Shown here in pieces: positions 1-10,861 of a stretch of 57,357 bases of DNA. The position numbers and the translations under genes are program-made. This DNA comes from Nemertoderma westbladi (Eukaryota > Animalia > Xenacoelomorpha), in assembly GCA_032718475.1 (NCBI GenBank), contig JAUCBJ010001030.1, positions 1-57,357 on the forward strand. The letters run 5' to 3'. Under the pieces are notes generated by a model. That model was not told the DNA's origin. It made no database searches and was given only the letters and a program-made list of their open reading frames with translations. Within the stretch, counting starts at the first letter, position 1, and every line of letters starts with the position of its first letter.

Positions 1-346
1 GGTGTAGGAATAACGGCAACAGGTTTCATAAAAACAAGTACAACATAAAATCGTGCTAGACAATTAGTCTTCCCCTCCCACTTGTCAAACGGGTAGAACA
101 TTAAATATATCCTCCCTCTCGTGAAGAAAGGCAATAATTGGCAACGAGAATCAATAGAACCGTCGACCGACTGTATTTCCTTATAAACCTTTCTTGAACT
201 CTAAACATTATAACACATTATTGCGCGCGCATCACATTAAGTGAAGCTAAAGAATATATACAGTAGTAGCAAATACAACTATATGGAGTTTACAGGTATA
301 TGAGACATTTCTTTTGAAAGCGCTTGATGGGTGTATACACTGTCAA

Positions 347-2673
347 CTACTACTAGGATCGGCATGCTGCATTGCAGCTGCATTTTTAAGAATGCTGTGC
401 CGGCTTGTCAACAAAATTGCACCGCCACAACTCCCTATCACCCATGACATTTGCTAGATCATCCACATCTTTAAGGCCAGTGTCCTTTAAGATGCGTCTC
501 AAGAAAGTCATGGGCTGTCCACCATGCTTATTCACTCCATGAGGCTGCCAAAGTACAAGATTATGCACTGGCTGGTCCTCACGGCGAAAGCAATGTCCTG
601 CAAAGCGGAGGCGATTTTGTTCTAGTGTCAAGCTTGGGGGAACCAATGAGACACCTCCAATGTTATATAGTGTCTGGTTGGAGATGTGTGCATTGTACTT
701 GACACAATGTACCCGGCGTAGCATTCTTGTGAATGTGCCATCCAGAGATTTGGTGTCCTCAGCAGTTAGAGCCCAGCATGGACTCCCGTAGAGGAGTACT
801 GGAACTACTGCTGCTCTAAATAATCGGACCTTAAGTTTCCGATTAATTCTAGGTGACTTCCAAATCCTGGAAAGCCTATTCAAGGCTGCCCATGCCTTTC
901 CCTTACGTATTCGAAGGTCCTCACCTGACTTCCGGATCCATGATCCCAGGTAACAGAAGTCGTCCACATGCTCAAGCATACCATCCTTTGAGCTTATGCT
1001 CATCCGATCAGAGACTTGCTGAGGACTTTCAAAGTTAACTGTCAGAATTTTGGTCTTTCTGGAGTTAATAAAAAGACCAACACTAGAAGCAGCATGTTCT
1101 AATGAGCTGAGGAGCCGCTGGGCTCCCTCTAATGATTCTGAGAGTACTCCTAAGTCATCAGCAAAGTCTAGATCAGTTAGGTACTTGGCAGGATTTCCTC
1201 GACTTCTGGAGCCAGTAGGTGGAGTTATCATCACCCCATCATCATTATGATGATCTAAGGACATGCGTAGAACATAGTCAACCACAATAATGAACAAGAA
1301 TGGTGCAAGTGTGTCTCCTTGGAGGACGCCCCATAACACTTCAAATGGTTCTGTGTCACCATCAACAGTAGACACAAATGTTGTCGAACCATCGTATACT
1401 GATCTGATTGCTGCAATAATTTCATCAGGAATCCCATATAATGAAAGTATGCTGAACATACGTGAGCGAGAGACTGAATCAAAGGCCTTGAAGAAGTCAA
1501 CAAAGATAACAGCCAGATGCCTGTCTTTCTTTTTTGATAACTCTTCAATTATCCTTCTAAGTGCCAAAATGGGCTCCATGGTCCCACGACCTTTACGGAA
1601 CCCATTCTGATTTCCACGTAGCAGTCTCTCAATGGGATCCCTGATGCGATTTAATAGAATTCTATTGTATAGTTTTGCAGCAATCGAGATCAATGAGATT
1701 CCCCGAAAAGAACCATAGAGTGTTAGGTTGCCCTTCTTGGGAACTGGCACCAACTTATTTGTTTTCATTTCTTGTGGGACTCGTGTTGTACGGTACATGT
1801 CTACTATGATGGGATAGATGAGCTTTAAACACTCAGGTATTTTAAAGACCTCAGGGGGAACACCATCTACTCCACTGGCACGATTGGTCTTAATGCTCTT
1901 TGCAGCAGCCTTCACTTCTGCAAAGGAGATATCGCCAATGGGAATATCTGGGAGTACAGACTCAGACACTTTTACTTCTATAAAGTTATCAGGCAATACC
2001 CTGTCATTATTGAGGAGCTTTTCAAAGTGGGCTTTCCAACCATTGAGGCGATCGGCTGGTGATTCAGCCTTAACCTTGGTGGTTGGTTGGCTTTTCCGCC
2101 CAGTAAGCAGATTGATCGATTTCCATGCCTGGGATGATTGCCTGCTGTCGTCAGCATCATTGATGGCATCAACCTGTTGGTTTATTAGCTCCTGTAGATT
2201 AACAGAGTACTGCCTGTTCAGGGACCTAGATGCAGCTTTAACTGCATTCTTGGCCGCTGTAGTCTGTTTGAGTCGGGACTCTTTCTGCGCCTTATGAAGG
2301 TCATTTCGGCACTTCTGAATTTTGTTGTCAGTCCAGGGGGCCCTTTTCCTGTTTCGAGGGTATACAGGAACTGTTTCTGCAGCTGCTAACTTAACTGCTT
2401 CTGTAAAGGCAGTATAGCCCTCACAGTGATCTGCCGCCTCAGAGGCAAGAGCCTAATACCTGTTGCTCAGCTGTAGTGTGAAGCTTGATCTCACACTTGG
2501 CTGTTGCAACAGAGAGGACCAGTCATGCCGTGGCAAGGCAGATTTCGATGTTCTGCTAGCACGCAGACTAAGTCTTACCTTGGCCACAATAAGGCGGTGA
2601 TCACTGGAGAAGGGTCGAAGTGTAAATGCATTACAGTCTTGTATAGAGCTCCTGTATTTCCTACGAAACAGAA
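347..2673 (-). mobile_element. 5'-truncated RTE-type non-LTR retrotransposon (LINE) with (TAG)n tail and 8-bp TSD
   Basis: The minus-strand frame reads LFRRKYRSSIQDC...SDHRLIVAKVRL (end of an APE endonuclease), a linker, then RT motifs QNGFR, DFFKAFD, GVLQGDTLAP and DFADD. There is one in-frame TAG at 2453-2455. The 3' tail is ctactacta at about 347-355. The direct repeat actgtcaa lies at 339-346 and 2674-2681. Confidence 0.92.
386..1996 (-). CDS. Reverse transcriptase domain of the LINE ORF (open portion; the start is not a real initiation site)
   Basis: 536-aa open frame with non-LTR RT motifs and an RTE-like C-terminus (RLRFAGHCFRR). The frame stays open upstream to the stop at 2453-2455. 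Confidence 0.9.
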   Translation of the reverse strand: MPDNFIEVKVSESVLPDIPIGDISFAEVKAAAKSIKTNRASGVDGVPPEVFKIPECLKLIYPIIVDMYRTTRVPQEMKTNKLVPVPKKGNLTLYGSFRGISLISIAAKLYNRILLNRIRDPIERLLRGNQNGFRKGRGTMEPILALRRIIEELSKKKDRHLAVIFVDFFKAFDSVSRSRMFSILSLYGIPDEIIAAIRSVYDGSTTFVSTVDGDTEPFEVLWGVLQGDTLAPFLFIIVVDYVLRMSLDHHNDDGVMITPPTGSRSRGNPAKYLTDLDFADDLGVLSESLEGAQRLLSSLEHAASSVGLFINSRKTKILTVNFESPQQVSDRMSISSKDGMLEHVDDFCYLGSWIRKSGEDLRIRKGKAWAALNRLSRIWKSPRINRKLKVRLFRAAVVPVLLYGSPCWALTAEDTKSLDGTFTRMLRRVHCVKYNAHISNQTLYNIGGVSLVPPSLTLEQNRLRFAGHCFRREDQPVHNLVLWQPHGVNKHGGQPMTFLRRILKDTGLKDVDDLANVMGDRELWRCNFVDKPAQHS

Positions 2674-2894
2674 ACTGTCAATGTGTTCTATTGAATATAC
2701 AGTATTGTCTTATTTTAGTACTGAACCGATTGCAATATGTAGGCCTACTACAGTAACATCGTATACGCAAAGTTCTGGGTATCACATACACGTAGTTTGA
2801 GTAGGACCTACGCGTAGTACCTACGCGTAATTAATGTTAAAGCTCTGAACCTGGTGATATATGCCCCAATAGGTCGAACTACGCGTAGGTCGAA

Positions 2895-3466
2895 AAGATT
2901 TACCCCAATATCCCTTTAATTGAAAATACTGATTATACCGCGGTTATACGGCGCCCACACTTTTCTTTACTGCAATGAAAGCCGGTGTACAGTACCTGGC
3001 TTCGTGGGGTTCCAGGACGAAGGTCAGGAAAAAAGCCCTTTTGGCCCGTCGACCCAAAACCGCTGCGAGGTTATTATGGGACAGGGTGGTGATGCTCGGT
3101 AGAGGACGGACGCTCTAGGACACGAGACACGTAGTAAAGTTAATTGTTAAAGATGTCCGCAACATTATTTTAGCTTTGTATTGTATTGTATTTATTTGTG
3201 TGAAATTAATTTCGCACTACCAAATCTCCAGGGCGACATATTTTCCATTAATAGAACAAGTACACAGAAGCCAGAGGCAACTCGAAGCCCCTCTTTCTAC
3301 CCGAGGAGGGTAGGGATGGGCGCTATTCCTATCCCATCGAGTAACTCAACTTGTCCTCCATCAACCGCGACCCCAGTGGATTAAAGGAAGAGTTGTCCCT
3401 GGCAGGGCTCGAACCTTCAACCAATAGACTGTAAACCCAACATTTAATCAACTGGAATATCCCGCC
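2895..3466 (-). mobile_element. tRNA-derived SINE
   Basis: The minus strand starts ggcggga and has a B-box GGTTCGAGCCC followed by ccactggggtcg. Head and downstream blocks are shared with 37665-38073. The 3' boundary is approximate. Confidence 0.6.
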
Positions 3467-3678
3467 TTATATTATATGAAGTTCCGGTATATTTATAGAA
3501 ATAATGTTATGCATAATTATGATGAACTCTACCTAAGATAAGATATAAATGAGGAATACTTCCGATATAATACAATGCACAATAAAAAATGAAATACGGA
3601 CAATACAGAGATAATACAGAGATTCCTAATTTTATTTATAACTGGCAACGTATATTAATTATTATGGGTAGAATTATG

Positions 3679-3792
3679 GGTACATTGTAGGTACAAAACA
3701 GCACAACTTGGTACATTGTAGCATTGTAGGTACAAAACAGCATAACTTGGTACATTGTAGGTACAAAACAGCACAACTTGGTACATTGTAGC
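3679..3792. repeat. 31-bp tandem repeat, left part
   Basis: Unit ggtacattgtaggtacaaaacagca(c/t)aactt, about 3.5 copies. Confidence 0.95.
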
Positions 3793-4560
3793 GCCAGCCT
3801 GGAAAAAGTCACCCAGGCGCGCACAACGCCCGCGCACTTCATTGCCAACCGCGCATTCCCATATAGAAAAATCGCGCACCCCAAGAATCTTAACCGCGCA
3901 CCCCAAAAATCTCAACCGCGCACCCAAAAAATCCAACCGCGCACCCCCAGACCCCGAAAATAAAAGGTAGGAGGATAGTGTGACAAACAAGTGTGGAAAC
4001 AAGTGTGACGGTATGCTGTTATGAAAGGTTTTATTAAAAAAATTTATATTTAAAATTGTATGCCTACAGTATATTTCTCTAGTTCAATTTTGGAATAAAA
4101 AATTTCATTGCGAAATCTAATAACTATTTACATACATGTATAATGCGTACATGGAGTTCTTGGAAATGCTGCGACCAGAGTAAGTACGGAAACGGAAATA
4201 AGGTAGCATAATGTAATCAGGTCATACTGTATGTTTAGGTTAACCGATCACAGTTCTGAATTAAAAATGTAATGTTCTTAGTGGAATCATATACATTTAT
4301 TGGTATATTTACATTCATATTTATGTACTTTTATTTGTTTATTTAAAGGTCAGCAATAATATTAAAGGTTTTAAAAAGAGCGCGCACACACACGCCATGT
4401 GCGCGCAAGCGCGTACACGTATGCCATGTGCGCGCAAGCGCGCACATGTGGCTTGCTCTGTGGGCGCACGGCGCACGTTTTTGGCCTTTTCTGCACACGC
4501 GCACCCATTATTTTACCGCGCACAACGCGTTTTAATTTTTGCAAACATTTTCCAGGCCTG
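3793..4560. mobile_element. Non-autonomous DNA transposon (hAT-like MITE) inserted in the 31-bp array
   Basis: Imperfect terminal inverted repeats (TIRs) cagcctggaaaa / ttttccaggcctg, subterminal gcgcac repeats at both ends, an AT-rich middle, and flanks attgtagc / attgtagg. Confidence 0.75.
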
Positions 4561-4874
4561 ATTGTAGGTACAAAACAGCATAACTTGGTACATTGTAGGT
4601 ACAAAACAGCACAACTTGGTACATTGTAGGTACAAAACAGCATAACTTGGTACATTGTAGGTACAAAACAGCATAACTTGGTACATTGTAGGTACAAAAC
4701 AGCACAACTTGGTACATTGTAGGTACAAAACAGCATAACTTGGTACATTGTAGGTACAAAACAGCACAACTTGGTACATTGTAGGTACAAAACAGCATAA
4801 CTTGGTACATTGTAGGTACAAAACAGCATAACTTGGTACATTGTAGGTACAAAGCAGTAGATAACTTGGTACAT
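4561..4874. repeat. 31-bp tandem repeat, right part
   Basis: About 10 copies of the same unit. It explains the repetitive ORFs at 4371-4874. Confidence 0.95.
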
Positions 4875-5280
4875 AATACTTTAAGGAGAGTTTAGAATGG
4901 GTCCAAATTCATTGATTAATAGTAATCGCTCCTCTGAAGTAAGGCTTTCTAAGAAAAAAGGCTCATAAGTGAAGACGTCACAAAGCTTATATCCACGGAG
5001 CGATGCCATACTCATTGTGGTACTATGTCGTTCCAAACATCTCAGTCTTGGACAAAATGAAAAATTCATTTTACCATTTCCTTTCTCGCCCCCCAGGTTG
5101 ATCACTCCTGATATATTAATGTATATATGGCCTAGTGGTATAATTGAATGACATTTAACTCCAGCAAATTTCAATTCCTGTGCTGTCTCCCTACATAGTT
5201 TCCATGTTTGTTTGTAAAGTGATTTAATTATTATTAGATAAGTTTCAGTGTTCCACATTCCGTTTTAAGTTGTTCCGCAT

Positions 5281-5856
5281 TCAGTTGTTCCCGCGTTCCG
5301 CCACTCTCCGAGCGACGAGTTCCACAACATCCGTCGCTGCGTCCGGAATTCGAGTCCCCGGACCGAATATCGCGCTGACCCCGGCCGCCCGGAGCTCGAG
5401 ATAGTCGTCGGGGGGGACGACCCCTCCGACCACCACCAGGATATCCGGCCGTCCCATCCGCGCGAGCAGCCCAACCAACTCCGGTACCAACGTCCGGTGT
5501 CCGCACGCGAGACTTGACACTCCGACGACGTGGACGTCCGAGTCGACCGCGTGGCGAGCGACTTCCTCCGGTGTGGTGAATAGCGGCCCGAGATCGACGT
5601 CGAACCCGAGATCTGCGAACCCGGAGGCGACGACTTTGGTGCCGCGGTCGTGTCCGTCCTGGCCGACGTGGGCCACGAGGATCCGGGGACGACGGCCCTC
5701 CGAGGCGAGGAACTCTTCGACGCGATCGATAACACGAGCCGCCTCCTCCCCGGAACCGAACTCCCCGATGTACGCGCCGGAGACCATCCGGTCGGATGCG
5801 GAATGCCGTCCGAACACCGACTCCATCGCGTCCGAGATCTCCCCGACGGTGGCGCG
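5281..5856 (-). CDS. MMUT: Methylmalonyl-CoA mutase C-terminal (cobalamin-binding) region; probable terminal exon
   Basis: Translation [18 protein letters not shown]...DRMVSGAY...[20 protein letters not shown]...[12 protein letters not shown]...GVSSL...GGVVPPDDY...IFGPGT. It carries the DxHxxG...SxL...GG B12 motif. AG at 5858-5857 precedes the homology, the stop is at 5283-5281, and ATTAAA lies at 5228-5223. Confidence 0.93.
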   Translation of the reverse strand, partial: RATVGEISDAMESVFGRHSASDRMVSGAYIGEFGSGEEAARVIDRVEEFLASEGRRPRILVAHVGQDGHDRGTKVVASGFADLGFDVDLGPLFTTPEEVARHAVDSDVHVVGVSSLACGHRTLVPELVGLLARMGRPDILVVVGGVVPPDDYLELRAAGVSAIFGPGTRIPDAATDVVELVARRVAERGNN

Positions 5857-6564
5857 CTGTAGTATACTGGTATAACTTGCAATAGGCCTATTACAGTATT
5901 ACAGTACAGCCGGTCAGCCGTTAGCTGGTTAGGCTAGTCCAGTAGTCAGTACAGCAGTAACAGAGTACGCCTAGGCAGTAGGCGACTGACAACTGACAGG
6001 TGTTAGTGTTAGGACTACTGCAGTACCGGTAGTACAGTAGTAGGGACCTACTGCAGCTAGGCTTGTACAGTCTTCAGTCTGACAGTTGTAGCGGGTGTGA
6101 CTAATTACCCAAACGCACCCAATCGGCACCCAAACGCACCCAAACGGCACCCAAACGCACCCAATCGGCACCCAAACGGCACCCAATGGTACCCAAACGG
6201 CACTAAAAATGAACTGCCGGATGAAAATTACCCTCCTATAGCAGTATAGGGTACTCCCTGGCATCCTAAATCAGTGAGTCAATAGGTAAACGGTGAAATT
6301 AACCGGTACCTACCAAATATTGAAATACAGTACCGGCAGACTGGTATGTAGAATGGCTTTACTGTCTGACTGTACTGTAAACTGTTAGCCACTGAAATGT
6401 TAAATGCAATTGCGGTTGTAAATGTTGCGATGCGACTACCGACAAGCCTATTACCGATTCTTATAATAAAGTAAAGGATCAGGTTACATGGGTGGGCTTT
6501 TCTAGCCAAAACAATAAACGTTATATCAAGGTTTTTTTTGGAAAAGGCAAAAATAAACAATAAA

Positions 6565-8930
6565 CGTTTGGCGTTTGAGTATGTTAGACTGCCGTTTGGG
6601 TGGCGTTTGGGTATGTTAGAATGTCGTTTGGGTGGCGTTTGGGAATGTTATAATGCCGTTTGGGTGGCGTTTGGGTATGTTAGAATGCCGTTTGGGTGGC
6701 GTTTGTGTATGTTAGAATGCCGTTTGAGTGGCGTTTGGGTATGTTAGAATGCCGTTTGAGTGGCGTTTGGGTAAGGTAGAATGCCGTATGGGTGGCGTTT
6801 GGGTATGTTAGAATGCCGTTTGGGTGGCGATTGGGTATGTTAGAATGCCGTTTGGGTGGAGTTTGGGTATGTTAGAATGCCGTTTGAGTGGCGTTTGGGT
6901 AAGGTAGAATGCCGTTTGAGTGGCGTTTGGATATGTTAGAATGCCGTTTGAGTGGCGTTTGGGTAAGGTAGAATGCCGTTTGGGTGGCGATTGGGTATGT
7001 TAGAATGCCGTTTCGGTGGAGTTTGTGTATGTTAGAATGCCGTTTGAGTGGCGTTTGGGTATGTTAGAATGCCGTTTGAGTGGCGTTTGGGTAAGGTAGA
7101 ATGCCGTTTGGGTGGCGTTTGGGTATGTTAGAATGCCGTTTGAGTGGCGTTTGGGTATGTTAGAATGCCGTTTGAGTGGCGTTTGGGTAAGGTAGAATGC
7201 CGTATGGGTGGCGTTTGGGTATGTTAGAATGCCGTTTGAGTGGCGTTTGGGTATGTTAGAATGCCGTTTGAGTGCCGTTTGGGTAAGGTAGAATGCCGTT
7301 TGGGTGGCGATTGGGTATGTTAGAATGGCGTTTGGGTATGTTAGAATGGCGTTTGGGTGGCGTTTGGGTATGTTAAAATCCCGTTTGGGTGGCGATTGGG
7401 TATGTTAGAATGCCGTTTGAGTGGCGTTTGGGTATGTTAGAATGCCGTTTGAGTGGCGTTTGGGTAAGGTAGAATGCCGTTTGGGTGGCGTTTGGGTATG
7501 TTAGAATGCCGTTTGGGTGGCGATTGGGTATGTTAGAATGCCGTTTGGGTGGAGTTTGGGTATGTTAGAATGCCGTTTGGGTGGCGTTTGGGTAAGGTAG
7601 AATGCCGTTTGGGTGGCGTTTGGGTATGTTAGAATGGCGTTTGGGTATGTTAGAATGGCGTTTGGGTATGTTAGAATGCCGTTTGGGTGGCGTTTGGGTA
7701 TGTTAGAATGCCGTTTGGGTGGCGTTTGGGTATGTTAGAATGCCGTTTGGTGGCGTTTGGGTATGTTAGAATGCCGTTTGGGTGGCGTTTGGGTATGTTA
7801 GAATGCCGTTTGAGTGGCGTTTGGGTATGTTAGAATGCCGTTTGAGTGGCGTTTGGGTAAGGTAGAATGCCGTATGGGTGGCGTTTGGGTATGTTAGAAT
7901 GCCGTTTGGGTGGCGATTGGGTATGTTAGAATGCCGTTTGGGTGGAGTTTGGGTATGTTAGAATGCCGTTTGAGTGGCGTTTGGGTAAGGTAGAATGCCG
8001 TTTGAGTGGCGTTTGGATATGTTAGAATGCCGTTTGAGTGGCGTTTGGGTAAGGTAGAATGCCGTTTGGGTGGCGATTGGGTATGTTAGAATGCCGTTTG
8101 GGTGGAGTTTGTGTATGTTAGAATGCCGTTTGAGTGGCGTTTGGGTATGTTAGAATGCCGTTTGAGTGGCGTTTGGGTAAGGTAGAATGCCGTTTGGGTG
8201 GCGTTTGGGTATGTTAGAATGCCGTTTGGGTGGCGTTTGGGTATGTTAGAATGCCGTTTGAGTGGCGTTTGGGTAAGGTAGAATGCCGTTTGGGTGGCGT
8301 TTGGGTATGTTAGAATGCCGTTTGAGTGGCGTTTGGGTATGTTAGAATGCCGTTTGAGTGGCGTTTGGGTATGTTAGAATGCCGTTTGGAGTGGCGTTTG
8401 GGTATGTTAGAATGCCGTTTGGGTGGCGTTTGGGTATGTTAGAATCCCGTTTGGGTGGCGATTGGGTATGTTAGAATGCCGTTTGAGTGGCGTTTGGGTA
8501 TGTTAGAATGCCGTTTGAGTGGCGTTTGGGTAAGGTAGAATGCCGTTTGGGTGGCGTTTGGGTATGTTAGAATGCCGTTTGGGTGGCGATTGGGTATGTT
8601 AGAATGCCGTTTGGGTGGAGTTTGGGTATGTTAGAATGCCGTTTGGGTGGCGTTTGGGTATGTTAGAATGCCGTTTGGGTGGCGTTTGGGTATGTTAGAA
8701 TGCCGTTTGAGTGGCGTTTGGGTATGTTAGAATGCCGTTTGAGTGCCGTTTGGGTAAGGTAGAATGCCGTTTGGGTGGCGATTGGGTATGTTAGAATGGC
8801 GTTTGGGTATGTTAGAATGGCGTTTGGGTGGCGTTTGGGTATGTTGGAATGCCGTTTGGGTGGCGTTTGGGTATGTTAGAATGGCGTTTGGGTAAGGTAG
8901 AATGCCGTTTGGTGGCGTTTGGGTAAGATA
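6565..8930 (+). repeat. 32-bp satellite in the left arm
   Basis: Unit gggtatgttagaatgccgtttgggtggcgttt (21+11-bp subunits), roughly 74 copies. Confidence 0.97.
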
Positions 8931-9589
8931 GACTGCATTCTTTATTATCTTTATTATGTTTCATTTATTGTATCTTTAATGTATTTATCTATAATGTTTT
9001 TCAAATTAATTTTCCCACGTCAAAACTCCAGGAGAAGTGTGATCAATTTCTGGCGAGCGTCATGGATGTTGTCAACATAGTAACCCGGAACTGCGGAATC
9101 TGGTAAAAGTTCGGATATCGTCTCCAAAAGCGTCCACGAATCACCGAGTCAACGATTCCTACGAGCGGAAGTCGGCGTCCTGTTTACTTATGGTTTAGCA
9201 TATAGAAGAAGTTCAAACGATGGGTAGAAGCAATCTCAGTCCCAGTAGACTGTTGGTTGGTTCGGAATTCCAGTTGTAGTTGTCGTCTCCTGTGTTTCGG
9301 GCGATCTGCGATGTGCCGAAGTGATGAATGAACATTTATCACTCAAAAATAAACATTACAATTTTTGAATAAAATTATACGTATAAATACTCAAGTACCA
9401 ACTGTTTTCCTATAAAGTGGTACTTTATGCAGCGTGATATAAATAGTTATTCTTAATATTGCTTTTCTATTTTTGGTATCGTATTTTTTACTAAAGTATT
9501 ACATAGTTTCTGTTCTACAGTACTACTGTAGAAATACTTTTTTGACAAATTATTTGGTTAGTCTATTACTGCAATAGGCTAAAATATTA

Positions 9590-10566
9590 ACTATTTATTG
9601 TACGGTAAATAAAATATGCTTTATTTACCGTTCGTCCCGAAATCTGTTATTTACCGGCCGAGCGAAGCGAGGAAGGTAAATAAGTCGGATCGAAGGGCGA
9701 AAAGGTAAATAACGTGTTTTATTTATCGTACAATGTGTAATTTTATTGTTAAAATCATCCTAATTACTGTATTTTAATTATTCAAATTAATTATTAATGC
9801 ACCTTTCGAAAAAAAACCGTTGATTCATTATGAACTGCCGAGGGAGTTACCATAGCAACGTAATTGTTTCCAACAAGTTTCTTTCTTTAAGTTAGCACTC
9901 TAGCTTTCTAATGATACCAATAATCCCGAATTATATTAAGGTGCAGCAGATTTATTTGAAAACAAACCGTGTCAAATTTTGTGGGACAACCTGTATATTT
10001 GCATGTAATAAATTGTGCGTTTATCGTTGTATAGTTATAGTTCCATTGTGCAGTATCTATTGAGAAATTAAAAAAACATTTGATTTGATTCGATTTAAAA
10101 GATCTTATTGTTTAATAAGTATTAAACATTACACCAGTGGCACCGAAATTATTCTTCGTCTTTCTTGTGATTTGTTGATACCAATTGAAAAGTGTCGTTG
10201 AAAGGATTCCAAATTTGTAAATAACTATTAATGTCAATGAGAAATAGCTGAGATATGGGCCTTCAAAAAGTGCAGGTATTTGCATCCGTTGCAGCCTGCA
10301 GGGCAGGCCATTTATTGTATTTAATAAATACACAATGTTCTGGAACATATTATTTATCTGAAGATTATTAATTACTTGATTTCTATTTTACTAGTAGTAG
10401 CTACTCATTAAATAAAATAAATGCCCCAGAATAGTATTTATTACAGCACAACGTTGGCTGATTCAAGAGCAATAATCCCCATTTACCTAGGTAAATAATG
10501 CAAATATTATTTACCGCTGGGCCAATCAAATGAGCGGTAATTATTGTAAATTTTAACAATAAAATA
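9590..10566. mobile_element. Crypton-like non-autonomous element (hairpin end) with a nested insertion
   Basis: An imperfect hairpin of about 140 bp at 9597-9734 is centred on ccgagcgaagcgagg. ttttattgttaaaat (9741-9755) is inverted at 10550-10564, and gccaatca lies near the far end. The family call is from recalled architecture only. Confidence 0.45.
10095..10360. repeat. Arm of a palindromic DNA-transposon family; inverted partner at 13241-13384
   Basis: 10095-10238 is the near-exact reverse complement of 13241-13384. 10180-10360 resembles 55060-55230. Confidence 0.75.
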
Positions 10567-10861
10567 TATTATATTATAATATTATTTGTAAATCTTCAGA
10601 TTTACTTACTGTAAGAAAATCGTGTCTGTCTGTCTGTTTGTTTGTTTGTCACACGAAAGGTTCCGAAAACTATCCGGTCAATTGTGTTGTTTTTAGTACC
10701 CTCGTGGTCTCAATAGGTGTATAAAAGCAATTTTAGTAATAATGTAGGCCTTCAACTACTGTAGGCCCTAGTACTACAATAAATGGTGTAATTAGAATCA
10801 TGAGAGGGAAACGAAGATTGTAGATTTACATCCCGCGTGCTTGCACGCCACTAGTAGCCTA

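Noticed and set aside
1-200. Decayed RecQ-like helicase motif on the minus strand (EDIFNVLP...GKT...VAVIPT)
   Set aside because: Requires a frameshift, is short and is cut by the window edge; too weak to call.
3636-4874. Cys/Tyr-rich repetitive ORFs
   Set aside because: Translations of the 31-bp minisatellite and the MITE.
5281-5856. Simple bacterial contamination of the assembly
   Set aside because: There are no neighbouring bacterial genes, the sequence looks animal-type from recollection, and splice-acceptor and poly(A)-like signals flank it. It is not fully excluded without a phylogeny and read support.
5234-5882. Overlapping alternative ORFs (205, 100, 90 and 70 aa)
   Set aside because: Shadow frames of GC-rich coding DNA with no recognisable motifs.
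6565-8930. Telomeric repeat or strong G-quadruplex array
   Set aside because: The unit is 32 bp and not TTAGGG-like. GGG runs are separated by 8 and 18 nt and are often mutated to GAG.
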